Shown here in pieces: positions 1 through 10,375 of a stretch of 64,000 nucleotides of DNA. Origin of the DNA: an uncultured delta proteobacterium (GTDB taxonomy: Bacteria; Desulfobacterota; Binatia; Binatales; Binataceae). Numbering within the stretch: the first letter of the stretch is position 1; every line of letters begins with the position of its first letter. A program made the translations under genes and the position numbers. The notes under the pieces are model-generated. The model saw only the letters and a program-made list of their open reading frames with translations, ran no database searches and was not told the origin of the DNA. The stretch is from NCBI GenBank assembly GCA_963724765.1, contig CAVRVY010000003.1, forward strand, positions 960,001 through 1,024,000. Direction: 5' to 3'.

Positions 1-3000
1 TCTCAAGGCCCTTGAACCCGCCCATCAGAAAATCCTGTTCGAAGGCGCGGCGCTAATCATGGGTAAGACCCATACCATGTCGCAGGTTCATCGCCGCGGC
101 CTGCTGGACGACGTAACCATCCGGCGCACCGGCCCCGACGGGAGCGTGGCGGCCTTCGACCGCTTCGTCGGCCTGTTCACTTCCAAGGCCTACTCCGAGG
201 AGGCGCAGCATATCCCGGTGTTGCGCGCCAAGCTGCGCGAAGTGCTCGAGGCCGAACAGGCCACGCCCGGCTCGCACAATTACAAGGAGCTGGTGACGGC
301 GTTCAACAGCTTTCCCAAGGAGGAGCTGTTCCGCGCCCCGGTCGGCGAGCTGCGCGAGCAGCTCCATATCATCCTGGATCACAAGGACGAGGCCATAGTG
401 CGCGTGAGTGCGCACTACGATCCGATGCGCAACAACGTTGTCACGCTGGTGGTCCTGCCGCGTGAGAGTTTCTCGGCCGAGGTGCGCAAGCAGATCCAGG
501 TGGCGCTCGGCCGTATCCTCGACGGCGAGCTGGTTTACTACTACCTCGCGATGGGCGAGGGCTACCGGGCGCGGATGCACTTCTGCTTCGATGCCGCGCC
601 GCCCTCGGCCGCGCAGTTGCGCGCGATGGAGACCGAGGTCTCGCAGCTCGCCCGCACGTGGGAGGATCGGCTGCTCGAGGAACTGATCGAGCGCTTCGGC
701 GAGCGCCGCGGGCAGGCGCTGGCGCAGCGCTGGCTGGGCTCTTTCAGTCTGCATTACAAGGCTAGCACCGCGGTCGCCCGGGCGGCGAGCGACATCGAGC
801 GAATCGAAAGCCTGCTCGAAGGCGGCCAGAGCTTCAACGTCGAGTTGGCGGGCCAGGGCGGCGGCGCGGCGGCAGCGGCCAGCGAGCTGCGGATGTTCGA
901 AGTCGGCGAGCCGCTACGGCTCTCCGACCTGATGCCGATGCTATCGAACTTCGGCATCACCGTTATCTCGGAAGAGGCCGACGAGCTGCGTATCGACTCC
1001 GCCGGCGCTGACGTGCGCGCTTTCGTTCAATCGTTTCGCGTGCAGGACGCCCACGGCGCGGCGCTGGAGGGCATGAGCGGCGCGGCGATGGTCGCCGAGG
1101 CGCTGACCGCGGTACGCGACGGGCGCAACGAGGACGGCCCGCTCAACGCGCTGGTGCTAGAGGTTGGCCTCGGCTGGCGCGAAATCGCGCTGTTGCGCGC
1201 TTACGTAGCGGCGGCCTTCCAGATGCGGCTTGCGCCGGCGCTCCCGGCGTTGCGCCGCGTGCTGCTGGTCAATCCGAAACTCGCGCGGATGCTGGTCGAG
1301 ATATTCCGGCTGCGGATGGATCCGGCGGGGCCCGGAAGCGGCGACGCGCGCTACGCCGCGTTGCGCGCGTCCTATCTGGAGGCGCTCGGCGCGGTCGACA
1401 ACATCGCCGACGACCGCCTGGCGCGGGCGCTATTGGGGATGGTCGAGGCGACGGTGCGGACCAATTATTTTCGCGCGCCGGCCGCGCCTTACATAACGCT
1501 CAAGTTCGAGGGTGCGCGCATCCCCAATCTGCCCGACACGCCACCGCTCTATGAATTCCACGTCGACAGCCCGACGATGCAGGGATGCCATCTGCGCGCC
1601 GGGCGTATCGCGCGCGGCGGCATCCGCTACAGCGATCGTCCGGAGGACTTCCGCACCGAAATTCTCGACCTGATGAAGACCCAGACGGTCAAGAACGCGA
1701 TCATCGTGCCGACCGGCGCCAAGGGCGGCTTCATCGTCAAGCCGCGTCTGGGCAGCACGACCACGCACGACGACGTCATCGACGCCTACAAAACGCTCAT
1801 CCGCGCGATGCTCGAATTGACCGACAACGTGGCCGGCAGAGAGACCGTGCATCCCACCGGCGTCAGGGTGCTCGACCAGGACGGCCCCTACCTGGTGGTA
1901 GCGGCAGACAAGGGCACGGCGGCGTTTTCCGATCTGGCCAACGCGATCGCGGCCGAGCACAACTTCTGGCTGGGCGACGCTTTCGCCTCGGGCGGGCGCT
2001 ACGGCTACGACCATAAGGCGCTCGGCATCACCGCGCGCGGCGCATGGGAGTCGGTCCGCTGGCACCTGCGCGAGATGGGAATCGATCTGGCGCGCAGCGC
2101 GCCGATCACGATTACCGGAATCGGCGACATGTCGGGCGACGTGTTCGGCAACGGGTTGCTGCAGTCGGACAACCTCAAGCTGATCGCCGCCTTCGACCAT
2201 CGCCACATCTTCATCGATCCCGACCCAGATCCGAAAAAGAGCTTCGCCGAGCGCAAGCGGCTGTTCGAGCTGCCCTCCTCGCAATGGTCCGACTACAATC
2301 CGGCGCTGATCAGTCCCGGCGGCGGCGTCTTTCGCCGCGGCGCCAAGACCATCGCGCTCAGCCCGCAAGCCCGCCGCGCGCTCTCCTGCACGGCCGAGGT
2401 GCTCGACAGCGACAGCCTCATCCAGGCCATCCTGCGCGCCGATGTGACCCTGCTCTACAACGGCGGCGTCGGCACTTACGTGCGCGGCAGCGACGAACGT
2501 GACGCCGAAGTCGGCGACCATGCCAACAACGCCTGCCGCATCGCGGCCAATGAGCTGCGCGTCAAGGCCGTGGCCGAAGGCGGCAACCTGGGCTTCACCC
2601 AGCGCGCGCGTATCGAGTACGCGATGGCGGGTGGAAGGATCAATAGCGACGCGATCGACAACTCGGCCGGCGTCGACACCTCGGACCACGAGGTCAATCT
2701 GAAGATCCTGCTGCAGCCGGCGCTGACGGGCGGGCGAATCGATTTCGATCGGCGCAACCGCGCGCTCGCGGCCGCCGCCGGCGAGGTCGCCGCGCTCGTG
2801 CTGCGCGACAACCGCGACCAGGTGGTGCTGCTGAGCCTCGAGCAGTCGCGCAGCCGCACCGAAGCCAGTGTCTTCCGCGACCACTTAAGCGCGATCGAGC
2901 AGCGCGGCGCGCTCCACCGCTACGAAGCCGCGCTGCCCAGCCACGAGGAGCTGCGCGATCGCCGCGGCCGCTTCGCCGGCCTCACCCGCCCCGAACTCTC

Positions 3001-4021
3001 CGTGCTCAGCGCCTACACCAAGATCGACCTCTTCCGGCAGCTCGAGACCTGCGCCTTACCCGACGATTCCTACCTGATCGAGCGCTTCCTGGTCACCTAC
3101 TTCCCGGCTTCGATCGCGCACGAGTTCGCCGCCGAGATTCCGCGTCACGGGCTGCGGCGCGAGCTCATCGTCACCCGGCTGGTCAACGAACTGGTCGACC
3201 AGATGGGCGCGAGCTTCGTCTTCCGCCTCACGCGCAGCCACGGCGCGCGCACCGAGGACACGGTCCATGCGTGGATCTTCGCCGAAGGCGTGCTTGACCT
3301 GGTCGATCAGGCCGAAGGATTGCGCGCCGGCGCCAGCGGCCAGGGCGCGCAGGCGGAGCTGGCCGCGCTGCTGGCGTTGGAAAGCGCCGCGCTGCGCGCC
3401 TGCGGATGGGCGATCGCCGGGTTGGATGCGAAGGTCTCTCTCGGCGCTGCGATCGCGCGCTACAAGCCCGGCTTCCAGAGCTTGTGCGCGGAATTCGAAA
3501 CCATGCTGGCCGACGACGAGCGCGAGCGCTTCGAGCGCAGCTATCGCGACTTGCGCTCGACCGTCTACACCGAGCAGGTCGCCCATCAGCTCGCCCGTTT
3601 GGGCTTCGCCGATCATCTGCTCAACATTCTAAGCCTGAGCTTCGCCCACGGCGCCGCGCCGGCCGAGTGCGCTCGCGCCTACTTCGCGCTAAGCGGGATA
3701 ATCGAGTTCGCCACGCTGGAGAAGGCGCTCGAGGCTATCGGCACCGACGATCGATGGGAGCGGCGGGCCGCCGAGGACCTCGGCGCCGATCTGCGCAACG
3801 CGCGCCTGGCGCTGGGCCGCGCGGTGCTGGTCAACCGCGAGGCCGTGCCCGCCGAAGCCGTGCGCGCTTTGCGCACCGGGCGCGAGCGGCTGTTCGATTC
3901 GATGGCCGAGGTGATGAACGACCTGCGCACGCTGCCCGCGGTCGGACTGCCGGTGCTGGAGGTTGCGATTCGCGCGCTGGCGCGCCTGGCCGCCGCCGTC
4001 TCGAGCGCCGGCCCGGCTTAA
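1..4021 (+). CDS. gdhB: NAD-specific glutamate dehydrogenase, large (GdhB/Bac_GDH) type; 5' end lies outside the window
   Basis: Frame is open from position 2. Motifs RGGIRYSDR, EILDLMKTQTVKNAIIVPTGAKGGF, YLVVAADKGTA, GIGDMSGDVFGNG, EGGNLG and DNSAGVDTSDHEVN. Confidence 0.95.
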   Translation, partial: LKALEPAHQKILFEGAALIMGKTHTMSQVHRRGLLDDVTIRRTGPDGSVAAFDRFVGLFTSKAYSEEAQHIPVLRAKLREVLEAEQATPGSHNYKELVTAFNSFPKEELFRAPVGELREQLHIILDHKDEAIVRVSAHYDPMRNNVVTLVVLPRESFSAEVRKQIQVALGRILDGELVYYYLAMGEGYRARMHFCFDAAPPSAAQLRAMETEVSQLARTWEDRLLEELIERFGERRGQALAQRWLGSFSLHYKASTAVARAASDIERIESLLEGGQSFNVELAGQGGGAAAAASELRMFEVGEPLRLSDLMPMLSNFGITVISEEADELRIDSAGADVRAFVQSFRVQDAHGAALEGMSGAAMVAEALTAVRDGRNEDGPLNALVLEVGLGWREIALLRAYVAAAFQMRLAPALPALRRVLLVNPKLARMLVEIFRLRMDPAGPGSGDARYAALRASYLEALGAVDNIADDRLARALLGMVEATVRTNYFRAPAAPYITLKFEGARIPNLPDTPPLYEFHVDSPTMQGCHLRAGRIARGGIRYSDRPEDFRTEILDLMKTQTVKNAIIVPTGAKGGFIVKPRLGSTTTHDDVIDAYKTLIRAMLELTDNVAGRETVHPTGVRVLDQDGPYLVVAADKGTAAFSDLANAIAAEHNFWLGDAFASGGRYGYDHKALGITARGAWESVRWHLREMGIDLARSAPITITGIGDMSGDVFGNGLLQSDNLKLIAAFDHRHIFIDPDPDPKKSFAERKRLFELPSSQWSDYNPALISPGGGVFRRGAKTIALSPQARRALSCTAEVLDSDSLIQAILRADVTLLYNGGVGTYVRGSDERDAEVGDHANNACRIAANELRVKAVAEGGNLGFTQRARIEYAMAGGRINSDAIDNSAGVDTSDHEVNLKILLQPALTGGRIDFDRRNRALAAAAGEVAALVLRDNRDQVVLLSLEQSRSRTEASVFRDHLSAIEQRGALHRYEAALPSHEELRDRRGRFAGLTRPELSVLSAYTKIDLFRQLETCALPDDSYLIERFLVTYFPASIAHEFAAEIPRHGLRRELIVTRLVNELVDQMGASFVFRLTRSHGARTEDTVHAWIFAEGVLDLVDQAEGLRAGASGQGAQAELAALLALESAALRACGWAIAGLDAKVSLGAAIARYKPGFQSLCAEFETMLADDERERFERSYRDLRSTVYTEQVAHQLARLGFADHLLNILSLSFAHGAAPAECARAYFALSGIIEFATLEKALEAIGTDDRWERRAAEDLGADLRNARLALGRAVLVNREAVPAEAVRALRTGRERLFDSMAEVMNDLRTLPAVGLPVLEVAIRALARLAAAVSSAGPA

Positions 4022-4941
4022 GCGCTCACCGAAGGCAGCGGCGCCGTCGGGGGCAGCGCCGCCGCTCCCGCCATCGCGGTATGCTCGGCGGCGACCGCGC
4101 TCATGTCCTGGTATAGACGCAAGCCCGCGGCGAGCAGGAATGCGAGGGTCGTATAGAGCACAGCCACCGCAAGCAGATCGACCGTGAAAATTGAAACCCA
4201 CAGCGCGCCCGTTATCAGCCCCACCGATCCGGCCAGCAGGCTGACCGCGAAAAACGTCCCGCCAGCCCACGAGTTGAAGCCCGACCAGAAGGCCAGAAAG
4301 ACCACGATCCGCAGCGCGACGCGAAAGAAACTGCCGCGCATCAGGTCGCGACTGTACAGCAGCGCCGACCAGCCCCGGCGTCCGTCGAAAATCAGCGCGT
4401 ATTGCGAAAAATACAGCCACACGTAGGCTAGAACGCCCGGCACCACCAGCAAGACCGCTCCCACCGCGATCGCCAGCACCTGGAGCACGCTCACCCATAC
4501 GAAGGGCCCCAGCAGATGCGCCGCCTCGCGGTAGACCTCGATACCCTCATCGATCGGACGCGCCATCCGCTGTCCCGCCTGCATCCGCCTGAGCGCACAC
4601 AGGACGACCAGGTTGACGCCGACCAGCGTGATGAAGCCGTCGAGCAGATGCAGGATTGTGGTCATCCATGGAGGGAACGGCGGCTTGGGCGCGGCGCGCG
4701 TGACCGGCGCGTACGGCATCTGCACCGGTTGCACGAACGCGACGCTGGTCACGCCGGGCTCGAAGGTCCGCACCAGAGAATATTGTAGATTGAGCGCGTC
4801 GGGCAGCAGGCACAGCGCGGAGGCCAGCACCAGCGGCGCCAGCACCACGGCGACGATAATCCAGTTGCCGCGCAGGTCGTTGACCGCGTTGGCGAGATAA
4901 ATGAAGCTCGAACGGAGCCGCGCTTGCGCCATCGCGCCCAT
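4018..4941 (-). CDS. Multi-pass membrane protein of unknown function
   Basis: Several hydrophobic segments. Start trimmed to MGAMAQ (4941; alternative 4932). Stop overlaps the gdhB stop. Confidence 0.7.
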   Translation of the reverse strand: MGAMAQARLRSSFIYLANAVNDLRGNWIIVAVVLAPLVLASALCLLPDALNLQYSLVRTFEPGVTSVAFVQPVQMPYAPVTRAAPKPPFPPWMTTILHLLDGFITLVGVNLVVLCALRRMQAGQRMARPIDEGIEVYREAAHLLGPFVWVSVLQVLAIAVGAVLLVVPGVLAYVWLYFSQYALIFDGRRGWSALLYSRDLMRGSFFRVALRIVVFLAFWSGFNSWAGGTFFAVSLLAGSVGLITGALWVSIFTVDLLAVAVLYTTLAFLLAAGLRLYQDMSAVAAEHTAMAGAAALPPTAPLPSVSA

Positions 4942-5122
4942 GAGGTTGGCATCCCCCGTGAGCCAAGACAAGTAACGGCCGCCACGTAACTTCGCGCAGG
5001 TAACTTCGCGGCGCATATGCGTGCGGCAGCCGCAGGCGCTCAAAATCCCGCGCGCCGATGCTATAGTGAGCAGATGACGGGCGACTTGGCCCGTCCGCCA
5101 TTTCAACCGCTGGATAATTGCC

Positions 5123-5374
5123 ATGGCTCAGGACGATCGCGCCGCCCTTATCGCTCAGGAGCACCTGATGATCCGCAGGCTGCGTTTTCTGGTCGATCTC
5201 ACCTTCGCGACCATCGCCCAGGATGACTCGATCACCCTCGACGAGGCCTGGGAGCACGTCCGCGCACTCAAAGGTGCAGCGGTCGCGATGTTCCCCGGCA
5301 AAGAGACGACTTTCGACCTCGTATACCTGCCGCGCTTCTCGCGCCTGCTCCAGGAGCGCTTCAACGCGAACTGA
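5123..5374 (+). CDS. Small helical hypothetical protein
   Basis: 83-aa ORF with normal composition (LFPGKE-like FPGKETTFDLVYLPRF), directly upstream of nagA. Confidence 0.7.
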   Translation: MAQDDRAALIAQEHLMIRRLRFLVDLTFATIAQDDSITLDEAWEHVRALKGAAVAMFPGKETTFDLVYLPRFSRLLQERFNAN

Positions 5375-5392
5375 GGCGCCACGGCCCCCACG

Positions 5393-6499
5393 ATGAAGCG
5401 GTTGCGCGGCTTGATCGCGCGGGCCGACGGCTCGACCCTTCCGGGCGTCGTCAGCTTCGGCGAGTCGATCGCGTCGGTCGAGGCCGGCGGGGGCGCCGAT
5501 GCGACCGATTACATCGTGCCTGGCTTCATCGATCTCCAGGTGAACGGCCGCGGCGCTATCGACGTGATGAACGCCACGGCCGGCGCGTTGCGCGATCTTT
5601 CCGCGGAGCTTGCGCGCGAGGGCACGACGGCGTGGCTTCCAACCGCTATCACTTCGCCGCTCACGCGAATCGAGGCGGTCGCCGCCACGATCGCAGAGGC
5701 GGTCGCGGAGGCAGCCGGCGCTCAAGGTGTAACCGGTGGAATCCTGGGGATGCATCTTGAGGGACCGTTCATCTCGGCGGCGCGGCTCGGCGCCCATCCG
5801 GCGCACAACCTCGCGCCTCGCGGCGAGGCGTTCGAGCGCGTCGCGGCGCTGCCCGCGTTGCGCATGATAACGCTCGCGCCCGAACTCGAGGGCGCGCTCG
5901 AGGCGGTGGCCACGCTGACCGCCCGCGGACTTGCGGTGTCGCTGGGCCATACCGACGCCTCGATGGAGCAGGCGCAGGCGGCGATTGCCGCGGGCGCGCG
6001 GATGTTCACCCATACGTTCAACGCGATGCCGCCGCTCAATCATCGGCATCCCGGTGCGGTGGCGGCGGCGATGTTGTCTTCGCGCGCCTGGGCCGCGGTG
6101 ATTGCCGACCGCGTCCACGTGCATCCCGCGATGCTGCGTCTGCTCTATCTTGCGCGTGGCGCGGGCGGAATCTGCCTTACCACCGACCGCGTAGCGACCA
6201 GCGCCATGGCCGGCGCTTCTCCGCTGGCGGCCGCCGCCGTCGCGGGCGGCGCGGCGCGGATGTCCGATGGACGCTTGGCGGGCAGCGTCATCTCGATGCT
6301 CGACGCAGTGCGCATCATGGTCAAAGAGGCCGGCGCGAGCGTCGGCGAGGCGGCGCTGATGGCGGCCACCAATCCCGCTCGCGTGCTGGGTCTCGGCGAG
6401 CGCGGCAGAATCGAGGCCGGTGCGATTGCCGATTTGCTCGTGCTCGGCCCCGGGCTAGAGTTGAAGGCGGTGTTCATCGGCGGCCGCGAGCTTGCCTGA
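5393..6499 (+). CDS. nagA: N-acetylglucosamine-6-phosphate deacetylase
   Basis: PGFIDLQVNG, HLEGPF, LGHT, THTFNAM and LAGS motifs. Confidence 0.9.
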   Translation: MKRLRGLIARADGSTLPGVVSFGESIASVEAGGGADATDYIVPGFIDLQVNGRGAIDVMNATAGALRDLSAELAREGTTAWLPTAITSPLTRIEAVAATIAEAVAEAAGAQGVTGGILGMHLEGPFISAARLGAHPAHNLAPRGEAFERVAALPALRMITLAPELEGALEAVATLTARGLAVSLGHTDASMEQAQAAIAAGARMFTHTFNAMPPLNHRHPGAVAAAMLSSRAWAAVIADRVHVHPAMLRLLYLARGAGGICLTTDRVATSAMAGASPLAAAAVAGGAARMSDGRLAGSVISMLDAVRIMVKEAGASVGEAALMAATNPARVLGLGERGRIEAGAIADLLVLGPGLELKAVFIGGRELA

Positions 6500-6574
6500 C
6501 GGCGTTGCGGATCACCTCGTCGAAATTCTTTTTCGGAAATCGATTCGCACCAGGAATTGCGAGCGAGACTATCG

Positions 6575-7450
6575 ATGCCACTTAACAGAGAATTCATCGG
6601 CCGCGAGTATCCGGCCACCAGCGCGACGGTCACGCTCGAAGCGCTGCAGAAATATGCGCGCGCCTACAACAACGACAACCCGCGCTACTTCGAGCCGTCC
6701 GCGCAGGGCGGAATCGTCGCGCCGCCGATGTTCGGCGTGGCGGTCACCTGGATGTCCGTAGTCGGCGCGGTCAGCGACCCGGAGTTGGGCGCGGACCTCC
6801 TGCGCCTGCTGCACGCCGAACAGGACATGGAATTCCTGATTCCGCTTCGCCCCGGCGACGAGATAACCACCGTCGCCAAGGTCGCCTCGATCGAGGCACG
6901 GCTGGGCGGCGAGGCGATGACGCTCGAACTTGACTCGCGCAGCCGCGCAGGGGCGCCGGTGCTGCGTACGCTTTTTGGGATTTTTATCCGCGCGGCGCGC
7001 CGCGATCGGGGTGCCGCGGGACGCACCGAGCGGCCGGTGTCTCCCTCGGGCGATCCGATGCTTACCGTCGAGCAAACCATCGATGGCGACCAGACCTTCC
7101 GCTATGCCGAGGCCTCGGGCGACCTCAATCCGATCCACGTCGATGAAAACGTGGCGAAGATGGCAGGCTTGCCGGGCATCGTCGTGCACGGCCTGTGCAC
7201 GATGGCGTTCGCCTCCAAGGTCATGATCGACGGCCTGTGCGCCGGCGATCCCGCGCGCCTCAAGCGACTACGCGTGCAGTTCAGCCGCCCGGTTTTTCCC
7301 GGGCAATCCATCACGACCAGGGTCTGGGCGATCACGACCAAGGCATGGGCCGACGGCGAGCGCGCGGGCCGCAGCGCATACGCGTTTGAAACCTACAATC
7401 CCGAAGGGATGGCGGTGATCCGGGGCGGAATCGCCGAGGTCGCGCCCTAA
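6575..7450 (+). CDS. Double hot-dog (MaoC-like) (R)-enoyl-CoA hydratase/dehydratase
   Basis: N-terminal APPMF...LLHAEQ hot-dog domain; C-terminal YAEASGDLNPIH...HGLCT hydratase-2 motif. Confidence 0.85.
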   Translation: MPLNREFIGREYPATSATVTLEALQKYARAYNNDNPRYFEPSAQGGIVAPPMFGVAVTWMSVVGAVSDPELGADLLRLLHAEQDMEFLIPLRPGDEITTVAKVASIEARLGGEAMTLELDSRSRAGAPVLRTLFGIFIRAARRDRGAAGRTERPVSPSGDPMLTVEQTIDGDQTFRYAEASGDLNPIHVDENVAKMAGLPGIVVHGLCTMAFASKVMIDGLCAGDPARLKRLRVQFSRPVFPGQSITTRVWAITTKAWADGERAGRSAYAFETYNPEGMAVIRGGIAEVAP

Positions 7451-7465
7451 CGCGCACCGTTCGCG

Positions 7466-8716
7466 ATGCCCCAACGCCTGAGCGTCGGTCTTTCGCTATC
7501 GCTGAGCGGCGCTTACGCCGCGATGGGCCGTCAGGCCGAAGCCGCGATCAAACTATTCGTCGACGACCTCAACGCGGCGGGCGGTGTGAACCTCGGCGGC
7601 CGCGCACACGAACTCGTGCTTCGATGCCACGACGATCGGAGCGACGCGCGACGCTGCGCCGAAATTTTTTCCGCGCTTTGCGGATCCGAACGCGTCGACC
7701 TGTTGCTCGGCCCGTACTCGAGCCGTCTCGCGCGCGCGGCGGCGCCGATCGCCGAAGCGGCCGGGATGATGATGCTCAATCACGGCGGTGCCGACGACGG
7801 CCTGTACACCAAGGGGATGCGGCTGATGGTCGGTGTGCTGAGCCCGGCGAGCGATTATCTCGTCGCGTTCGCCCGGCTGTTGGTCGAGCTCAAGTTCTGG
7901 CGCAAACGCCTCGCCATCGTCACCGCGGCCACGCCTTTTGCCAGCGACGTTGGCGCCGGCCTCGAGCGGGCCTGCCATGAGCGGCGTGCGCGCCGGCGCG
8001 GCGTGCGCGTGCGGGTCAAGTATCGGGGCGATTTCGCTCGCGCAGAGGCGCTCGCGCGATTGCTGCCCGCGCTCAAGCGCAACCGAGTCAACGCTCTTGC
8101 CGCCGCGGGCGGCTTCGCACAGGACGTTGCCCTGATGCGCGCGGTGGTCGCCTCCAATCTCAACATCCCGGTGCTCGGCTGCGTCGCCGCCGGCGTCCAT
8201 GGCTTCGCCGAAGAGTTGGGCGAGGACGCCGAGGGCATCGTCGGCCCCAGCCAATGGGAAGAGCAGGCGCAGATAGCCCCGGAACTCGGGCCACCGCCGG
8301 GCGAGTTCGCGCGCCGGATGCGCGCTGCCGGCTATCGCGAATGCGACTATCCCGCGGCGCAGGCTTACGCGGCCGGGCTTATCGGATGCGCCGCGATACG
8401 CGCATGCGATTCGCTCGACCAGCGCCGCCTGCGCGACGCGATCGGTGAGATGCGCACCAGCACGCTCTACGGCGACTTTGCCATCGATCGCGTAACAGGC
8501 CGCCAGATCGCGCATCAGATGTTACTCGTGCAGTGGCACATGGGCTGCAAGGCGATTATCGAACCGCAATCGCACGCCGAAACCGGTGCGATCGAATTTC
8601 CCTCCGGATGGCGTCTCATCGTCGCCTCGATGCGGGGCCTCAAATTAACTCTCGGCGGCGGCACGCGCGACGATAATGAAGCGCATCATGATGAGCATGA
8701 TGAGGAAGACGAATAA
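7466..8716 (+). CDS. Type-1 periplasmic-binding-protein fold (LivJ/AmiC-like) protein without a signal peptide
   Basis: VGLSLSLSGAYA, DDRSD, LLGPYSS and TLYGDF motifs; the domain starts at about residue 5. Confidence 0.8.
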   Translation: MPQRLSVGLSLSLSGAYAAMGRQAEAAIKLFVDDLNAAGGVNLGGRAHELVLRCHDDRSDARRCAEIFSALCGSERVDLLLGPYSSRLARAAAPIAEAAGMMMLNHGGADDGLYTKGMRLMVGVLSPASDYLVAFARLLVELKFWRKRLAIVTAATPFASDVGAGLERACHERRARRRGVRVRVKYRGDFARAEALARLLPALKRNRVNALAAAGGFAQDVALMRAVVASNLNIPVLGCVAAGVHGFAEELGEDAEGIVGPSQWEEQAQIAPELGPPPGEFARRMRAAGYRECDYPAAQAYAAGLIGCAAIRACDSLDQRRLRDAIGEMRTSTLYGDFAIDRVTGRQIAHQMLLVQWHMGCKAIIEPQSHAETGAIEFPSGWRLIVASMRGLKLTLGGGTRDDNEAHHDEHDEEDE

Positions 8717-8895
8717 TCATGTGCACAAGCGTCGCGTGAGTATTGAACAAACCGTGCGATGACCTGCCTTTCAGCCTTGTGAAATGAGAGTTATAACGCG
8801 ACGGTCCGGACAGTCGCGGCCATAGTCCTTCAATAGTCCTTCGGAAGTATCACACCAGAGACGGCACCACCGGTCTTGCGCGAGATCCGGCGCCC

Positions 8896-10182
8896 TCAGA
8901 TCGTCCGCGAGTCCTCGGGCGGCGGAACGCCTGCTTTCGCCGCCGACTCCAGCGCGGCGGCGCGGAAAATCCCGTGCGCCATCGTCGAGGTCGATTCGAC
9001 GGCACGCGCCGTGTAGATGCGCATCCGGGCCTCGTGCGCCGCGCGATTATCGGGCGCTGCGGCAACCGCCCAGTCGATAAGATGCGCCGCGAGCGCGAGG
9101 TCGCCCTCCGCCATCTTCTGTAGCGCGCGGCCTACCAGCACGTCGGCGCCACCCGCCATCGCGGCTATCTCGGCAGCTTGCGCGTGATGCGGGGCGGGCT
9201 TCAGATGCGACGCGATACCGTCGTACCATCCGCCGTCGAGCCGCCACACGTTGCGCACGATGAACTCCGGCTCGTCGTAGACCGGTTGCAGGTATGGCTT
9301 CTCGGCGAGCGCCACCGGCGGCTTCACGCTATGCACGATGTCGTCGAGTGACGCGCCCTCGTTCATCATTTTCAATGTCTGGTCGTAGAGGCTTTGCAGA
9401 TATTCCGCCGTGTCGTTGAGCACCTGGCGCACGCGGATCGACCCGAACACGGGAATCCCGTGGCCCGGCAGCAGCACCTCCGCCCCGGTCTTGGCCATCG
9501 CACGCAAGGCCTCGGCCCATTCGCGCGCGTAGCGCTGCGCCTTTTGCGGATTGCCGGCGTTGGGCGCGGCCCAGATCACGAAATCGCCGGTCAGCAGCAC
9601 CTTGCGGCTGGGAATGAAGACCCAGCAATGATCGTCGGTCTCGCCGCGCGCGTGATGACATTCGAAGCGCCAGGTCCCAGCCACCACGTTGAATTGATGG
9701 TCGAAGTAGGTGTCGGGATAGACAAATTCTTCGGGCCATTGTGCCGGCATGCCGAACTGTCGCGAATTGACGATGCTGTTGTAGCCCGCGGTACGCTTGT
9801 AACGATCGAACCGCGCGGCGGTCGCGCGATGGCCCACGACGCGCGGGCGCGCACGACGATGCTGCTGCGCCTCGGCGGCGAACGCCGTCATCCCCCCGGC
9901 GTGGTCGACGTGGCCGTGGGTGTAGATCGCGGTGTTGACGCGCTCCTGCGACCATCGGCGGACCATCGCAACCGTCTCGGCCTGGTTGTAATGCCCGCCG
10001 GTGTCGACCAGCACGAGGCCGTCCTCGGTTTTGATCGCGGTCAAGTTCGCGAACCATCGCCAGAACATCACGCCTGCGGCGACCTCCTCCGACTCGCCGG
10101 TCGGGATCAACGGATGGCGCTCGTGAATCGAAAGCTCGCCGCTTAAAAGTTTCTCTGACTCTTCCTTAAATCCCATCTTCAT
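8896..10182 (-). CDS. Metallo-beta-lactamase-fold hydrolase, alkyl/aryl sulfatase-like
   Basis: THGHVDH, GETDD, LTGD and PGHG motifs plus an alkyl-sulfatase dimerization region (GGWYDG). Start 10182 or 10176. Confidence 0.85.
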   Translation of the reverse strand: MKMGFKEESEKLLSGELSIHERHPLIPTGESEEVAAGVMFWRWFANLTAIKTEDGLVLVDTGGHYNQAETVAMVRRWSQERVNTAIYTHGHVDHAGGMTAFAAEAQQHRRARPRVVGHRATAARFDRYKRTAGYNSIVNSRQFGMPAQWPEEFVYPDTYFDHQFNVVAGTWRFECHHARGETDDHCWVFIPSRKVLLTGDFVIWAAPNAGNPQKAQRYAREWAEALRAMAKTGAEVLLPGHGIPVFGSIRVRQVLNDTAEYLQSLYDQTLKMMNEGASLDDIVHSVKPPVALAEKPYLQPVYDEPEFIVRNVWRLDGGWYDGIASHLKPAPHHAQAAEIAAMAGGADVLVGRALQKMAEGDLALAAHLIDWAVAAAPDNRAAHEARMRIYTARAVESTSTMAHGIFRAAALESAAKAGVPPPEDSRTI

Positions 10183-10375
10183 ACGCTCCGCGCGGATTAT
10201 CGGCTCGCCGCGCCGCGCGCCGCAACTGTTGACACGCCGCGGCAGCCGCGATTCACGCGGGTACGTCACTTAAGCGGGTACGTCGCTTAAAATGATGAGT
10301 TGCGGATCGCGCGAATAAAAAGTAAGATTTTTCAGGGTTTTTCCTGCCGCGCGGCGGCATCACGGACAGACAATA

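Noticed and set aside
10190-10375. FMN riboswitch upstream of ribE
   Set aside because: The conserved RFN motifs are not visible; only a 17-bp tandem duplication and an AT-rich promoter are present.
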